NCBI GenBank assembly: GCA_965220105.1 | Contig: OZ244811.1 | Coordinates: 1,161,798 to 1,225,797, forward strand | DNA length: 64,000 bases | Source of the DNA: Dehalococcoidia bacterium | Lineage (GTDB): Bacteria; Chloroflexota; Dehalococcoidia; Lucifugimonadales; UBA3495 | Direction: 5' to 3' | In this document: in pieces, positions 45,956-55,015 of the stretch | Position numbering within the stretch: the stretch's first letter is position 1 | Layout: every line of letters begins with the position of its first letter | Notes under the pieces: generated by a model | Databases searched by the model: none | Told to the model about the DNA's origin: nothing | What the model saw: the letters and a program-made list of their open reading frames with translations, nothing else | Translations under genes and position numbers: made by a program

Positions 45956-46640
45956 AGCGGGGGAATCTAAAGAGCGCACATTTGAATCCACCTTTGTGAT
46001 TACCCTCCGCAAGCCGCGCAGGAAAGCCAAATCAGGTGCGCCACAATCCAAAAAAGCTAGCTCTCCAGCACCAACCGACAAGACTCGCAAACGGAAAACA
46101 GCGAAGGCGTCACGAAACGGCAAAACCACCACGGTCCAAGCGGACAACCCCAAAGACACTGTCTTCGAACTCGTAGCCCGAGTGCCCGGCCAGGTCAAAA
46201 AAGCCAGTAAGCCGCGAAAGCGCAAAGCTCCCCGACGCCCCAGCAACACGGAACAGCGGACTCTGCCGGACCTCCCGACCAGCGGCGGCGAAAGCAAGGC
46301 ATCGCCAAAGCGGCCGCCGCGCTGACCCTGTCGCCAACGCCGAACTGGCTGAACGACAACGCATCCGTCCTTACCTTTGCTCCTCATCGCTCACAGGGAA
46401 AGGTTGACGCTGTGCCGGCGTTACTGGCCGGGGTCTTCCACCGGGAGGTCGGTCGTAATGAGGGCAAAGACGCCCTCGGCATCCCGCACTGGAACGGAGC
46501 GGGTGACCATCCAGATCTCACCGCCTCCCGCATCAAAATAGGGCGCCGTCCAGACGCCCGCGTTGGCGGCCAATGGCGCCGTGACCCAAGCCTGCGACTC
46601 GATGTTGTAGGACGGCACCGCAAGGTCCAAGGTGGCGTAG
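45941..46640. repeat. right arm of the roughly 690-bp inverted repeat (partner at 38264-38951)
   Basis: See the left arm. This arm contains the 3' 220 bp of the intact Cache-like gene and a K/R-rich open frame. Confidence 0.8.
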
Positions 46641-46930
46641 CCGTCGGAAGTGCGATAGACGTAGGGACTGGCAGTGACCTTGCCGTCCTGATCCAGGAGG
46701 GCCGCAGCACTGCCGTAGAACGCCGGGTAGGCATCCAGGTAGGCCCGCAGGCGTTCCGCATACGCGGCCGCGTCGGTGAGTCGCGCCACCGCCAACTCTG
46801 CCGCCAACGCATCAAGTGCGGAAACCACCTCGGCCTCCAGGGCATCCTGGGTGGGCGGGCTGGTGGCGCACGCGAGGGTGGTCGCCAGGGCCAGCAGGAG
46901 CAGTGAGGCAATCGCAGCACGCAAGTTCAT
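46421..46930 (-). CDS. lipoprotein with Cache/PDC-like extracellular sensor fold (169 aa)
   Basis: Lipobox MNLRAAIASLLLLALATTLAC, then ...YVYRTSDGYATLDLAVPSYNIESQAWVTAPLAANAGVWTAPYFDAGGGEIWMVTRSVPVRDAEGVFALITTDLPV, a Cache-type W..PY.D...G..M.T.S.PV pattern. Confidence 0.65.
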   Translation of the reverse strand: MNLRAAIASLLLLALATTLACATSPPTQDALEAEVVSALDALAAELAVARLTDAAAYAERLRAYLDAYPAFYGSAAALLDQDGKVTASPYVYRTSDGYATLDLAVPSYNIESQAWVTAPLAANAGVWTAPYFDAGGGEIWMVTRSVPVRDAEGVFALITTDLPVEDPGQ

Positions 46931-48228
46931 TCACCAAATGTTGGTCGGGACTCCCGTGCCCCATTGGGGGAACCTTCAGACTTCAAGGATGGTCCCAAAG
47001 AGGCGACGACACCATACCCCGACCTTTCAGGGACGGTCAATTCAGGCTGGCCCAGCAGAAGTTGCGCATACCAACCCTGACGTCCTATCCTCGCCAGTAG
47101 CCAAGTGCGAAACAAAGGAGCGACAACAACATGCCGCTGCGAGCAACCAAGCACCAGCCATGAAAGACATACCCGAATAACGCCACAGAAGGATCATGGG
47201 CGGACCGAACTGCACTTGAATGAAGAAAAGCCAGAACCGAGGCCCGTCGGACCGCTAACAATCGGTCGCATTAGGTTCACAGCCGACGGCTCGCCAATGC
47301 CCGGTAACCGAAACGTACGCGAATTCCTCAACGAACGGGCCGCCAAGGCCGAACAGGCTAAGAAGGGCGACTTCAACACGCCCAGGCCGTGAACGAACCA
47401 AACCGTTCTTACGGCACCCCACCCCGTCGCCACCGACGAAAACGGAGACGGCCGAGTGTAGGGCAGGCCTACGTGCCCGGCCGAAATGGGGCGACATCCC
47501 GCCAACATTCCGTCAGGAGTTGTGCCCTGTGCGATCGAGTGGCGTATGTCGGCAGCTGCCGCCGCAGCCGATTCACCTCACGAGTTCGTCAGAACTCTTC
47601 ACGTACAACGCCAGTCGGCCCGCAACTACATGATGCTGCGCGAAAGGCGCAGAGAGGCTCGTTTCCAGCCCCGAGAAATAATCCTCTGGACCTCGCTAAG
47701 GGGCTCTCCATAGCCCCAGCGCAAGAATTTGGGGCATCTACCAGCGTTTGGCATCGGCTCTGATGAGATAAGACCACCCAGTCGCCAAGCGCAATCGTCC
47801 GCCGCTGGCACAATGAAAGTGTCGCCGACTGAAGGCGACGCCGGCCGGTTCTGTAGTGCAGCCACAACTGCCTGCGTTCAAATGCCCCTGACACGCCCTG
47901 AATAACAAAAGGGCAGGGAAAACGCCCGAGGCTGTCAAGGGCGGCGGCAATTCGACACTCTACGGCAATGGCCGACACCGGCGAACGGTACGACCGTTGT
48001 GCGGGTTGCAGACTCCCGAGGAAATTTCGCTACTGAGGATTTGGTCAAACGGTGCTGAAAGCGTCAGGCCCTTGGGCTGATTACGGAGATCTGTCGGTAG
48101 ATCGGTCAACATCTGACCCGCCGGCTGGGGAATCAGAGTGGTGAAATCGCCTCAATGACTGAAGCCGCCTCAACGCAAGTGCCGGGCCTGTTGTAAGATA
48201 CGGATGTCCGCGTTAAGGAGCCTGGCAA

Positions 48229-48513
48229 TTGCACTGGAAATGGGACCCGAACAAAGACAGAATAAACCAGCAAAAGCACCTCGTCAGTTTCGACACCGCC
48301 ATTCTAGCGCTGAACGACCCCTTGTCCGTCACGGACGATGACCCGTATCCCTGGGAACCTAGGCAGCGGACGACCGGAATGGTGGACAGCGTTCTGCTTG
48401 TCGTGGTTCACACGAAACCGGAATTTAATTCTCGTTACAACGTGGAGGTTGGTAGAATCATCAGCGCACGCCGAGCCACTCCGCATGAGAGGAGAATCTA
48501 TGAGGAACACTGA
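48229..48513 (+). CDS. brnT: BrnT-family (DUF497) type II toxin
   Basis: TTG start 7 nt after aggag. It reads (M)HWKWDPNKDRINQQKHLVSFDTAILALNDPLSVTDDDPYPWEPRQRTTGMVDSVLLVVVHT...GRIISARRATPHERRIYEEH, matching the BrnT pattern WD..K...N..KH.vsF..A...F.D......D.....E.R....G......RIISAR.A...E...Y. Confidence 0.8.
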   Translation: MHWKWDPNKDRINQQKHLVSFDTAILALNDPLSVTDDDPYPWEPRQRTTGMVDSVLLVVVHTKPEFNSRYNVEVGRIISARRATPHERRIYEEH

Positions 48514-49588
48514 TCTGACTCCAAGCCAGGCGGCTGAGCTGGAAGCCCTCGCGGCAATGCCCGACGAAGACATCGACACGTCCGACATTCCAGAGATAAC
48601 CGAATTCTCCAACCCACGGCGCGGCGTGTTCGCCGGCTCGCCCAACGTCAAACTTGAAACCAAGCCGGTAGAGCAACCGGCGATGAATTCGTTCGGCGGA
48701 CCGTGGACCGCGGAGAAGCTGGAGATACTCAGGCTGTACCTGAACGCGTACACTACTGCCCTGAAAAATCGTTCCTTCGAATTGGTGTACGTCGACGCCT
48801 TCGCGGGCACAGGCGCGATTGACCTGAACCCAAAAGGCGCAGCTCAAAGGCTGACTCAGTCTTGGCTGAGTGAAGAGGAACACGCAGCGGTACTGGCCGC
48901 CAACGTCATAAAAGGGTCGGCACGCGTAGCACTCGAGGTGGACGACAAACCTTTCGACAAGCTCATATTCGTGGAACAGGATCCCACGTTTGCCGAAGAA
49001 CTGATTTCGCTGAAGGGCGAGTTTCCCAACCGTAACATCCAAGTCGAAAAAGGTGAAGCCAACCAGTTCCTGCGAAAATGGTGCGAAGCCCAGGACGCAA
49101 CACGTGGCGCCCCTTGGAGGAACCAGCGAGCGGTTATATTTCTTGACCCCTTCGCCACCGAGGTAGATTGGCAAACTGTAGAAGCAATCGGGCGCACCCA
49201 GTCAGTTGATCTATGGATGCTGTTCCCGCTCTCGACGCTGAGCCGGGTGTTGCCGGTACATCGTCAACCTGACGAGAAATACGCACCACTCTTGGACCGG
49301 GTTTTCGGCAGTCCAGAATGGAGAGAGTTGTACCGCGATAGGCCCCGGCAAATGACGTTCATGGCGGGCAACCCTGAGCACACCGAAATGGTCAGGGAAG
49401 ACCAGCAAGAAATTGTTGACCGGTACTTGGCAAAGCTGAAGACGGCCTTTGCAAGTGTCGCACCTACTACTAGGTGGTTCTGCAACCGCCGCAACTCGCC
49501 GCTGTTCGCGATGATGTTCGCAGCAGCAAACCCAGGGGGAGCTCCAATTGCGGTACGGATTGCAGACCATTTGCTGAGGCGTTGGTAA
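48500..49588 (+). CDS. tcmP: TcmP (three-Cys-motif partner protein) preceded in frame by about 45 aa resembling the N-terminus of a BrnA/DUF4415 antitoxin
   Basis: The ATG at 48500 overlaps the brnT stop (ATGAGGAACACTGA). It reads MRNTDLTPSQAAELEALAAMPDEDIDTSDIPEITEFSNPRRGVF. From the ATG at 48683 it reads MNSFGGPWTAEKLEILRLYLNAYTTALKNRSFELVYVDAFAGTGAIDL... (TcmP-like N-terminus with a MTase-motif-I-like DAFAGTG). Either start is possible. Confidence 0.65.
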   Translation: MRNTDLTPSQAAELEALAAMPDEDIDTSDIPEITEFSNPRRGVFAGSPNVKLETKPVEQPAMNSFGGPWTAEKLEILRLYLNAYTTALKNRSFELVYVDAFAGTGAIDLNPKGAAQRLTQSWLSEEEHAAVLAANVIKGSARVALEVDDKPFDKLIFVEQDPTFAEELISLKGEFPNRNIQVEKGEANQFLRKWCEAQDATRGAPWRNQRAVIFLDPFATEVDWQTVEAIGRTQSVDLWMLFPLSTLSRVLPVHRQPDEKYAPLLDRVFGSPEWRELYRDRPRQMTFMAGNPEHTEMVREDQQEIVDRYLAKLKTAFASVAPTTRWFCNRRNSPLFAMMFAAANPGGAPIAVRIADHLLRRW

Positions 49589-49591
49589 ATC

Positions 49592-50359
49592 ATGGCTCAG
49601 AATACCGGCATTGAGTGGACAGATTCGACTTGGAATCCCGTGACGGGGTGCCAAAAGATCAGCCCGGGCTGCAAAAACTGCTACGCCTCTCGCTTGGCGG
49701 CACGCCTACAGGCCATGGGCAATCCCCGCTACGTGAACGGATTCGAGGTCACCTTGCACCATGATTTGGTGACACTTCCGACGAAATGGGTCAAACCCCG
49801 AAAGATCTTCGTCAACTCAATGAGTGACCTGTTTCACGACGAAGTACCTCTGGGCTTCATCCAGTCGGTGTTTTCCACCGTCGTCGTCGCCGACCACCAC
49901 ACCTTTCAGGTCCTGACCAAGCGGCCAGAGCGCGCCCTGGAGATGGCTGACGAACTTCCATGGCCGGAAAACCTTTGGATGGGTGTCTCGGTTGAAAATC
50001 CAGACTACTTGTACCGTGTGGACACGCTCCGCTGTATCCCGGCGCAGACGCGGTTTCTGTCGTTAGAGCCACTGATAGAAGCCATCCCGGACATTAACTT
50101 GGACAGCATAGACTGGGTAATTGCTGGTGGCGAATCAGGGCCAAAGGCTAGGGAAATCGAGGAGGCTTGGGTTCAGAGCATCCGTGACCAGTGTGACGAT
50201 GCAGGAGTGCGTTTCTTCTTCAAGCAATGGGGCGGGACTAACAAAAAACGCAATGGACGGATGCTGGACAACAGAACGTGGGACGATTTCCCTCTCGTCA
50301 AATCTTGTCCACCTGCTGACGTAAATACTGTCCTGACAGGCAGGCTACAACCGGCGTAG
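49592..50359 (+). CDS. DUF5131 / phage Gp37-Gp68 family protein (three-Cys motif)
   Basis: The start is 4 nt after the tcmP stop. It reads MAQNTGIEWTDSTWNPVTGCQKISPGCKNCYASRLA...IFVNSMSDLFH...TFQVLTKRPER...FLSLEPL...DWVIAGGESGPKAR...FFFKQWGG. Confidence 0.8.
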   Translation: MAQNTGIEWTDSTWNPVTGCQKISPGCKNCYASRLAARLQAMGNPRYVNGFEVTLHHDLVTLPTKWVKPRKIFVNSMSDLFHDEVPLGFIQSVFSTVVVADHHTFQVLTKRPERALEMADELPWPENLWMGVSVENPDYLYRVDTLRCIPAQTRFLSLEPLIEAIPDINLDSIDWVIAGGESGPKAREIEEAWVQSIRDQCDDAGVRFFFKQWGGTNKKRNGRMLDNRTWDDFPLVKSCPPADVNTVLTGRLQPA

Positions 50360-50617
50360 GTCTCCGTTAGAGACTGCAGAATGCGGAAACGAGATTGGTA
50401 GCAGCGTTGATCGCTTTCTGCCGTCCTTCGGCCAAATCGCGAGTAGCGAAATCGCCTCGCATACCAGACGACCTTTCCGGTGTCCACACACAGGTATAGT
50501 GTACCCTGCCACCACAAATCACCAACGACCTCAGTTTCCTTATCTGCCGCCGAGCTGCCGTCACAGGCATCCAACGCAATCACCACTTGCTTGCGACACC
50601 CCAACTCACCGGTTCCC

Positions 50618-53600
50618 ATGCCCACCTATTCCCACATCACTCGCTACTACGACGAACTCTCCCAACTCATCGAGTTCGGCGGTGCGGACAACGAGGAAAA
50701 CATCCGCCCGGCGTTCCAGAACTGCCTGTCCGACTACTGCAAGGAACACTCGGAACGGTTCGTGCTCGTGCCCGAACTGCGCTCCGACCGCAGCAACAAG
50801 CCTGACGGGACGGTCCGGGACTCACTGCGCATGACGCGCGGCTTGTGGGAGGCCAAGGACATCCACGACGATCTAGACCGCGAGATCCGCAACAAACTGG
50901 GCCAAGGCTATTCTGGAGACAACATCCTTTTCGAGAACTCGCGCACCGCCGTGCTGGTCCAGGGCGACCAGGAGGTGATGCGGACCGACATGGCCAACGC
51001 GGCCACACTGGACGAGCTGATCCACAGGTTCCTGGACTACGAACTGCCGGAGATCCAGGAGTTCCGGGAAGCAAGGCAGCAGTTCAAGGATGACCTGCCT
51101 GCCGTGTTGGAAAGCCTTCGTGAAACCATCGTAGAGGCCGAAGCCGGCAACGCGGAGTACCAAGGGGCAGCACAGTTGTTCCTTGAACTGTGCCACCAGT
51201 CCATCAGTCCCAACGTCACTAACGACAACGTCAGGGAGATGCTGATCCAGCACATTCTCACGAAGGACATCTTCCTGCGGGTGTTCGCCGAGGATCAGTT
51301 CCATCGCGAGAACAACGTCGCCCGCCAGCTGGACGCCCTCGAGGGCACCTTCTTCATCGGCAACGTGCGCCGGCAGGCCGTTGACCGTTTGAGGGCCTAC
51401 TACGGCGCCATCGGTCGCGCCGCTGACGACATCGCCGAGTACGGCGAGAAGCAGCAGTTCCTGAAGGGTATCTACGAAGATTTCTACCAGGCTTACAACC
51501 CTGGCGCCGCCGACCGCCTCGGCGTGGTGTACACGCCCAACGAGGTGGTGAACTTCATCATCCGTGGCACTGACTGGCTGCTCCAAAAGCACTTCGGCAA
51601 AACGCTGGGCGACAAAAACGTGAACATCCTTGACCCAGCGACTGGAACGGGCACGTTCATCACAAACCTGATGAACCACCTGCCGGCGGACCGGCTGGAG
51701 TACAAGTATCAGAATGAGATCCACGCCAATGAGGTGGAGATTCTCCCCTACTACATCGCCAACCTGAACATCGAGTACACGTACAAGGAGTTGACGGGCG
51801 ACTACCTGGAATTCCCGAACCTGTGCTTTGTGGACACGTTGGACAACATGGACTGGAAAGGTGCCAGTGGCGCCGCGGTCCAGCGGCAGACGATGCTGAA
51901 CCTTGGTGGTGTCTCGGAAGAGAACTGGATCCGAGTGCAGGAGCAGAACGAGAAGCCCATCAGCGTAATCATCGGGAACCCGCCGTACAACGACCAACAG
52001 CGCAACTGGTACGACGACAACCCAAACCGTAAGTACCCCGAAATAGATAGGCGCATCCGCGAAACTTACGTCAAGGAAAGTACGGCTCAACGTACCCACC
52101 AGTACGACATGTACAAGCGGTTCATCCGGTGGGCGTCAGACCGTCTTGAGGACGACGGAATCATCGGATTTGTCAGCAACAGCGCGTTTTTGGACTCCCG
52201 GCAGGACGACGGCTTCCGCAAAGTCGTGGCTGAGGAATTCAATGAGCTGTGGGCCATTGACCTGAAGGGCAACGCCCGCACCAGTGGTGAGCGGCGCCGA
52301 CAGGAAGGTGGTAACGTCTTCGACGACAAGATCCGTGTCGGCGTGGCCATTTACTTCTTGGTGCGTCGAAAAGGAGTGAATGGATTCAAGGTTTATTACG
52401 ACGTAGTAGCCGATTACGCCAAGGCTTTCGACAAGGTTGCCTACATCAGCGAGCAGTCGATTGACGGTTTGGAGTTTGTGGAAATCAACCCTGATAGCAA
52501 GGCTAACTGGATCGACCAGTCGGACAGCGGTTTTGGCGAACTGACTCCAGTCGCCGACCGACACACCAAATTGGCCAAAAGTGCGTCGGATGAGCGGGCC
52601 GTCTTCGGCCTGTTCTCTGTGGGAATCAGCACGAACCGGGATGAGTGGGTATACGATTTCGACGACAGTTCCCTTTCCAACAAGATGCTGTTCTTTTGTA
52701 GAACCTACCAGAATGAGCTTCAGCGATTTGCGGCTGAGAAGCCAGACCCCGACTCGGTTGGCAATTGGGTTGACCGGTCCATAAAGTGGACTACCGAGCT
52801 GGAACAACATCTGGTCAAAGGCAGTACGATCCCGTTCACGACGCTCAGGCTCGTTCCGGGGTTGTACCGGCCTTTCGTGGCCAAGCATTGTTACTACGCT
52901 CCCGTAGTTACGCACCGCCGTTACCAGATACCTCAGGTGTTTCCCCATGACCTGACGGTGGAGAACAAAGTCATTTGTTTTCCCGGCAACGCAGCCAGCA
53001 ATGGCTTTCAAGCCTTGGCGACGGACAAGGTGTTCTCGCACGACCTGCTGAAAACGACTCAGTGCCTGCCTCTCTACTGCTACACGCCCAAAGGCGAGCG
53101 AGTCAGCAATATCACCGAGTGGGGATTGAGGCAGTTCCGTGAGCATTACGGCGACGACAGCATCATGGCTGAGGACATCTTCGCTTACGTGTACGCCATG
53201 CTCCACGACCCAGCGTACCGCTCACGATACGAGGTAGACTTGAGGCGGGAGTTTCCGCGGGTGTACTTCCAAGAAGATTTCGCTTGGTGGGCTCACCAGG
53301 GCCGGGAGCTACTGGACCTGCACCTAGGATTTGAGGCGGCGGAGCCATGGCCGCTGGAGCGGACCGACAAGGACAGCGTAACGCCGCCCCGGGTCATCCT
53401 GCGGGCTGATAAGGATCTCGGCATCATCACGCTGGATGGGCAGACGACGCTGACCGGCGTCCCAGCTGAGGCGTGGGAGTACCGACTGGGTAACCGCTCA
53501 GCGCTCGAATGGGTTCTCGACCAGTACAAGGAGCGCAAGCCCCGTGATCCGACTATCCGTGAGCGGTTCAACACCTACCGCTTCGCGGACCACAAGGAAC

Positions 53601-53698
53601 GGGTTGTCGACCTGCTGGGCCGCGTATGTGCCGTGAGCGCGTTCACAACGACCATCGTGAACGAGTTGGGTGTCAGGTCCTCAGTCGAGCTGGATTAG
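50618..53698 (+). CDS. single-polypeptide type IIG-like restriction/modification enzyme (N-terminal PD-ExK-like motif, N6-adenine MTase, C-terminal specificity region), intact
   Basis: The ATG at 50618 lies within track ORF 50480..53698. It reads ...FVLVPELRSDRSNKPDGTVRDSLRMTRGLWEAKDIHDDL (D...ExK), NILDPATGTGTFI (motif I), and VIIGNPPYNDQQ (motif IV). The long C-terminal part resembles type ISP/IIG target-recognition regions. The minus-strand ORFs 50873..52099 and 52136..53206 are antisense noise. Confidence 0.8.
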   Translation: MPTYSHITRYYDELSQLIEFGGADNEENIRPAFQNCLSDYCKEHSERFVLVPELRSDRSNKPDGTVRDSLRMTRGLWEAKDIHDDLDREIRNKLGQGYSGDNILFENSRTAVLVQGDQEVMRTDMANAATLDELIHRFLDYELPEIQEFREARQQFKDDLPAVLESLRETIVEAEAGNAEYQGAAQLFLELCHQSISPNVTNDNVREMLIQHILTKDIFLRVFAEDQFHRENNVARQLDALEGTFFIGNVRRQAVDRLRAYYGAIGRAADDIAEYGEKQQFLKGIYEDFYQAYNPGAADRLGVVYTPNEVVNFIIRGTDWLLQKHFGKTLGDKNVNILDPATGTGTFITNLMNHLPADRLEYKYQNEIHANEVEILPYYIANLNIEYTYKELTGDYLEFPNLCFVDTLDNMDWKGASGAAVQRQTMLNLGGVSEENWIRVQEQNEKPISVIIGNPPYNDQQRNWYDDNPNRKYPEIDRRIRETYVKESTAQRTHQYDMYKRFIRWASDRLEDDGIIGFVSNSAFLDSRQDDGFRKVVAEEFNELWAIDLKGNARTSGERRRQEGGNVFDDKIRVGVAIYFLVRRKGVNGFKVYYDVVADYAKAFDKVAYISEQSIDGLEFVEINPDSKANWIDQSDSGFGELTPVADRHTKLAKSASDERAVFGLFSVGISTNRDEWVYDFDDSSLSNKMLFFCRTYQNELQRFAAEKPDPDSVGNWVDRSIKWTTELEQHLVKGSTIPFTTLRLVPGLYRPFVAKHCYYAPVVTHRRYQIPQVFPHDLTVENKVICFPGNAASNGFQALATDKVFSHDLLKTTQCLPLYCYTPKGERVSNITEWGLRQFREHYGDDSIMAEDIFAYVYAMLHDPAYRSRYEVDLRREFPRVYFQEDFAWWAHQGRELLDLHLGFEAAEPWPLERTDKDSVTPPRVILRADKDLGIITLDGQTTLTGVPAEAWEYRLGNRSALEWVLDQYKERKPRDPTIRERFNTYRFADHKERVVDLLGRVCAVSAFTTTIVNELGVRSSVELD

Positions 53699-55015
53699 AC
53701 GCTGACGGTCGACGTGCCGGTCACTCCGACGGGTTTTGGTAACAGCCGCCCGAAACGCCACCAGAGGCACCAAGTCTGTACCGAGTGAACATCAACGAAA
53801 ACCGCCATCCGATCTTGCTGAAAAATCGCCATAGAGGGCACAAATACGCGCTGTGACGGCGTTTTTGACACTTGGACGACTCACAAGTCATCCGAGGCCC
53901 GAAACTGGCCTCAGAACACGTTTTCGCGAATCAACTCCGCCAGACAATCAGCAAGGTTCCTTTCGGAGCGGGTTACCCCAGTGTGGACCAATAAGAGGTC
54001 GCGAAACCCGTGCCATTCAGGACTACGCTAAGCGCAACCAACGGCGGCACGAGCCACAGTTTCAGCGCAACTCCCAGCCTGGACTTTGTACATTTGGTTA
54101 GTGTAGGCGAGGACGTCCCCGAAGTTGGGGAGCTCCCAATCCACATTCAAGAGCGGATTGCTCGGCTTGGCTCACGGCTTCACCGTGAACACGTACATCC
54201 TATGTCGGGTTTCAACCCCGACAGTGGAATATTTCAGTAGGCCAGCCACAGCACGAAGTGCGGCGATTCGGCCACGTATCTAAATTTTGTGCAAAGTCCA
54301 GCTGATGAACTCGGTCACCACCTGTGTTGGCACGTATTCGATGCGAACCGGGTCGTCCCTTTCAATTCGGCGCGACATCTCACCGATGGTGAACGGCGCT
54401 GTCATCATGGCGGTCAACACCCACGCCTCTGGCTACACGCCGGCGATAACCAGGTCGAAGATCCGGGCAACAGCGACGAACAAAGCCCAGAGCGTCAACA
54501 ACCCGACGCCACCGAGCGCCACCCGTACCGTCCAGCGATAAGCGTTCATCACACCTACGAACCCGCGGGGCAAATGTCAGAGATCCCCAACGGACGGCGA
54601 ATATAGCAACTGCCGGACCTGATACGCCACTTCAAGGTTCGCACGTTTGACCACATTTGGCCCATTCCACGTGGTGCCGACCGCCACCGGCCAACGGGGC
54701 AGTCAGTTTTTTGTCGGTAACCCGGGAGAGTCCAGCCAGTAGCGCATCAGGTCTTGGCTGGTGAAACGCGTCAACGACGAGCCGCGACGCCCACCCCGTT
54801 GCCTCAACCGGTCGTTCGAAGGAACCCAGGATCGGCTACTCGCCCACGACACACTGGGCGAGGCAGTTTTTTGAATCCCAAATTTCGGCAACAACCTCAC
54901 CGTTTGCCGTGCTCACGAATCGGCCTCGCCAAGCCCGGGATGGGGCTAACCGACATGAAAAAACGGAGCATTTCGCTACATTAAGTCCATCCACCAAAAC
55001 TGAGGTGCATGGACT

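Noticed and set aside
46931-48228. The 1.3-kb gap between the Cache lipoprotein gene and brnT, examined for genes, ncRNA or a retron-like structure (track ORFs 47105..47392, 47389..47763, 47589..47978).
   Set aside because: No ORF there has a motif, an RBS or a coding-like composition that I could defend, and I saw no conspicuous long stem or repeat. There is only a weak trace of the zinc-ribbon family (RNYMMLRERRREA). It is left unannotated.
14873-54435. Possibility that in-frame TAG/TAA codons reflect stop-codon reassignment or programmed readthrough.
   Set aside because: Both TAG and TAA are involved. TAG is used as the genuine terminator of well-supported genes here (DUF35 at 12471-73, the cadherin protein at 58385-87, the FN3 protein at 62771-73). 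In the one case with an internal control, the intact paralog has CAG where the fragment has TAG. Ordinary nonsense mutations explain the data.
54660-54690. The reverse complement of tggtgccgaccgcc shares tcggcacca with the att fragment, so it could be a second att copy.
   Set aside because: Only a 9-nt match, with no T-loop sequence. That is too short to distinguish from chance in GC-rich DNA.
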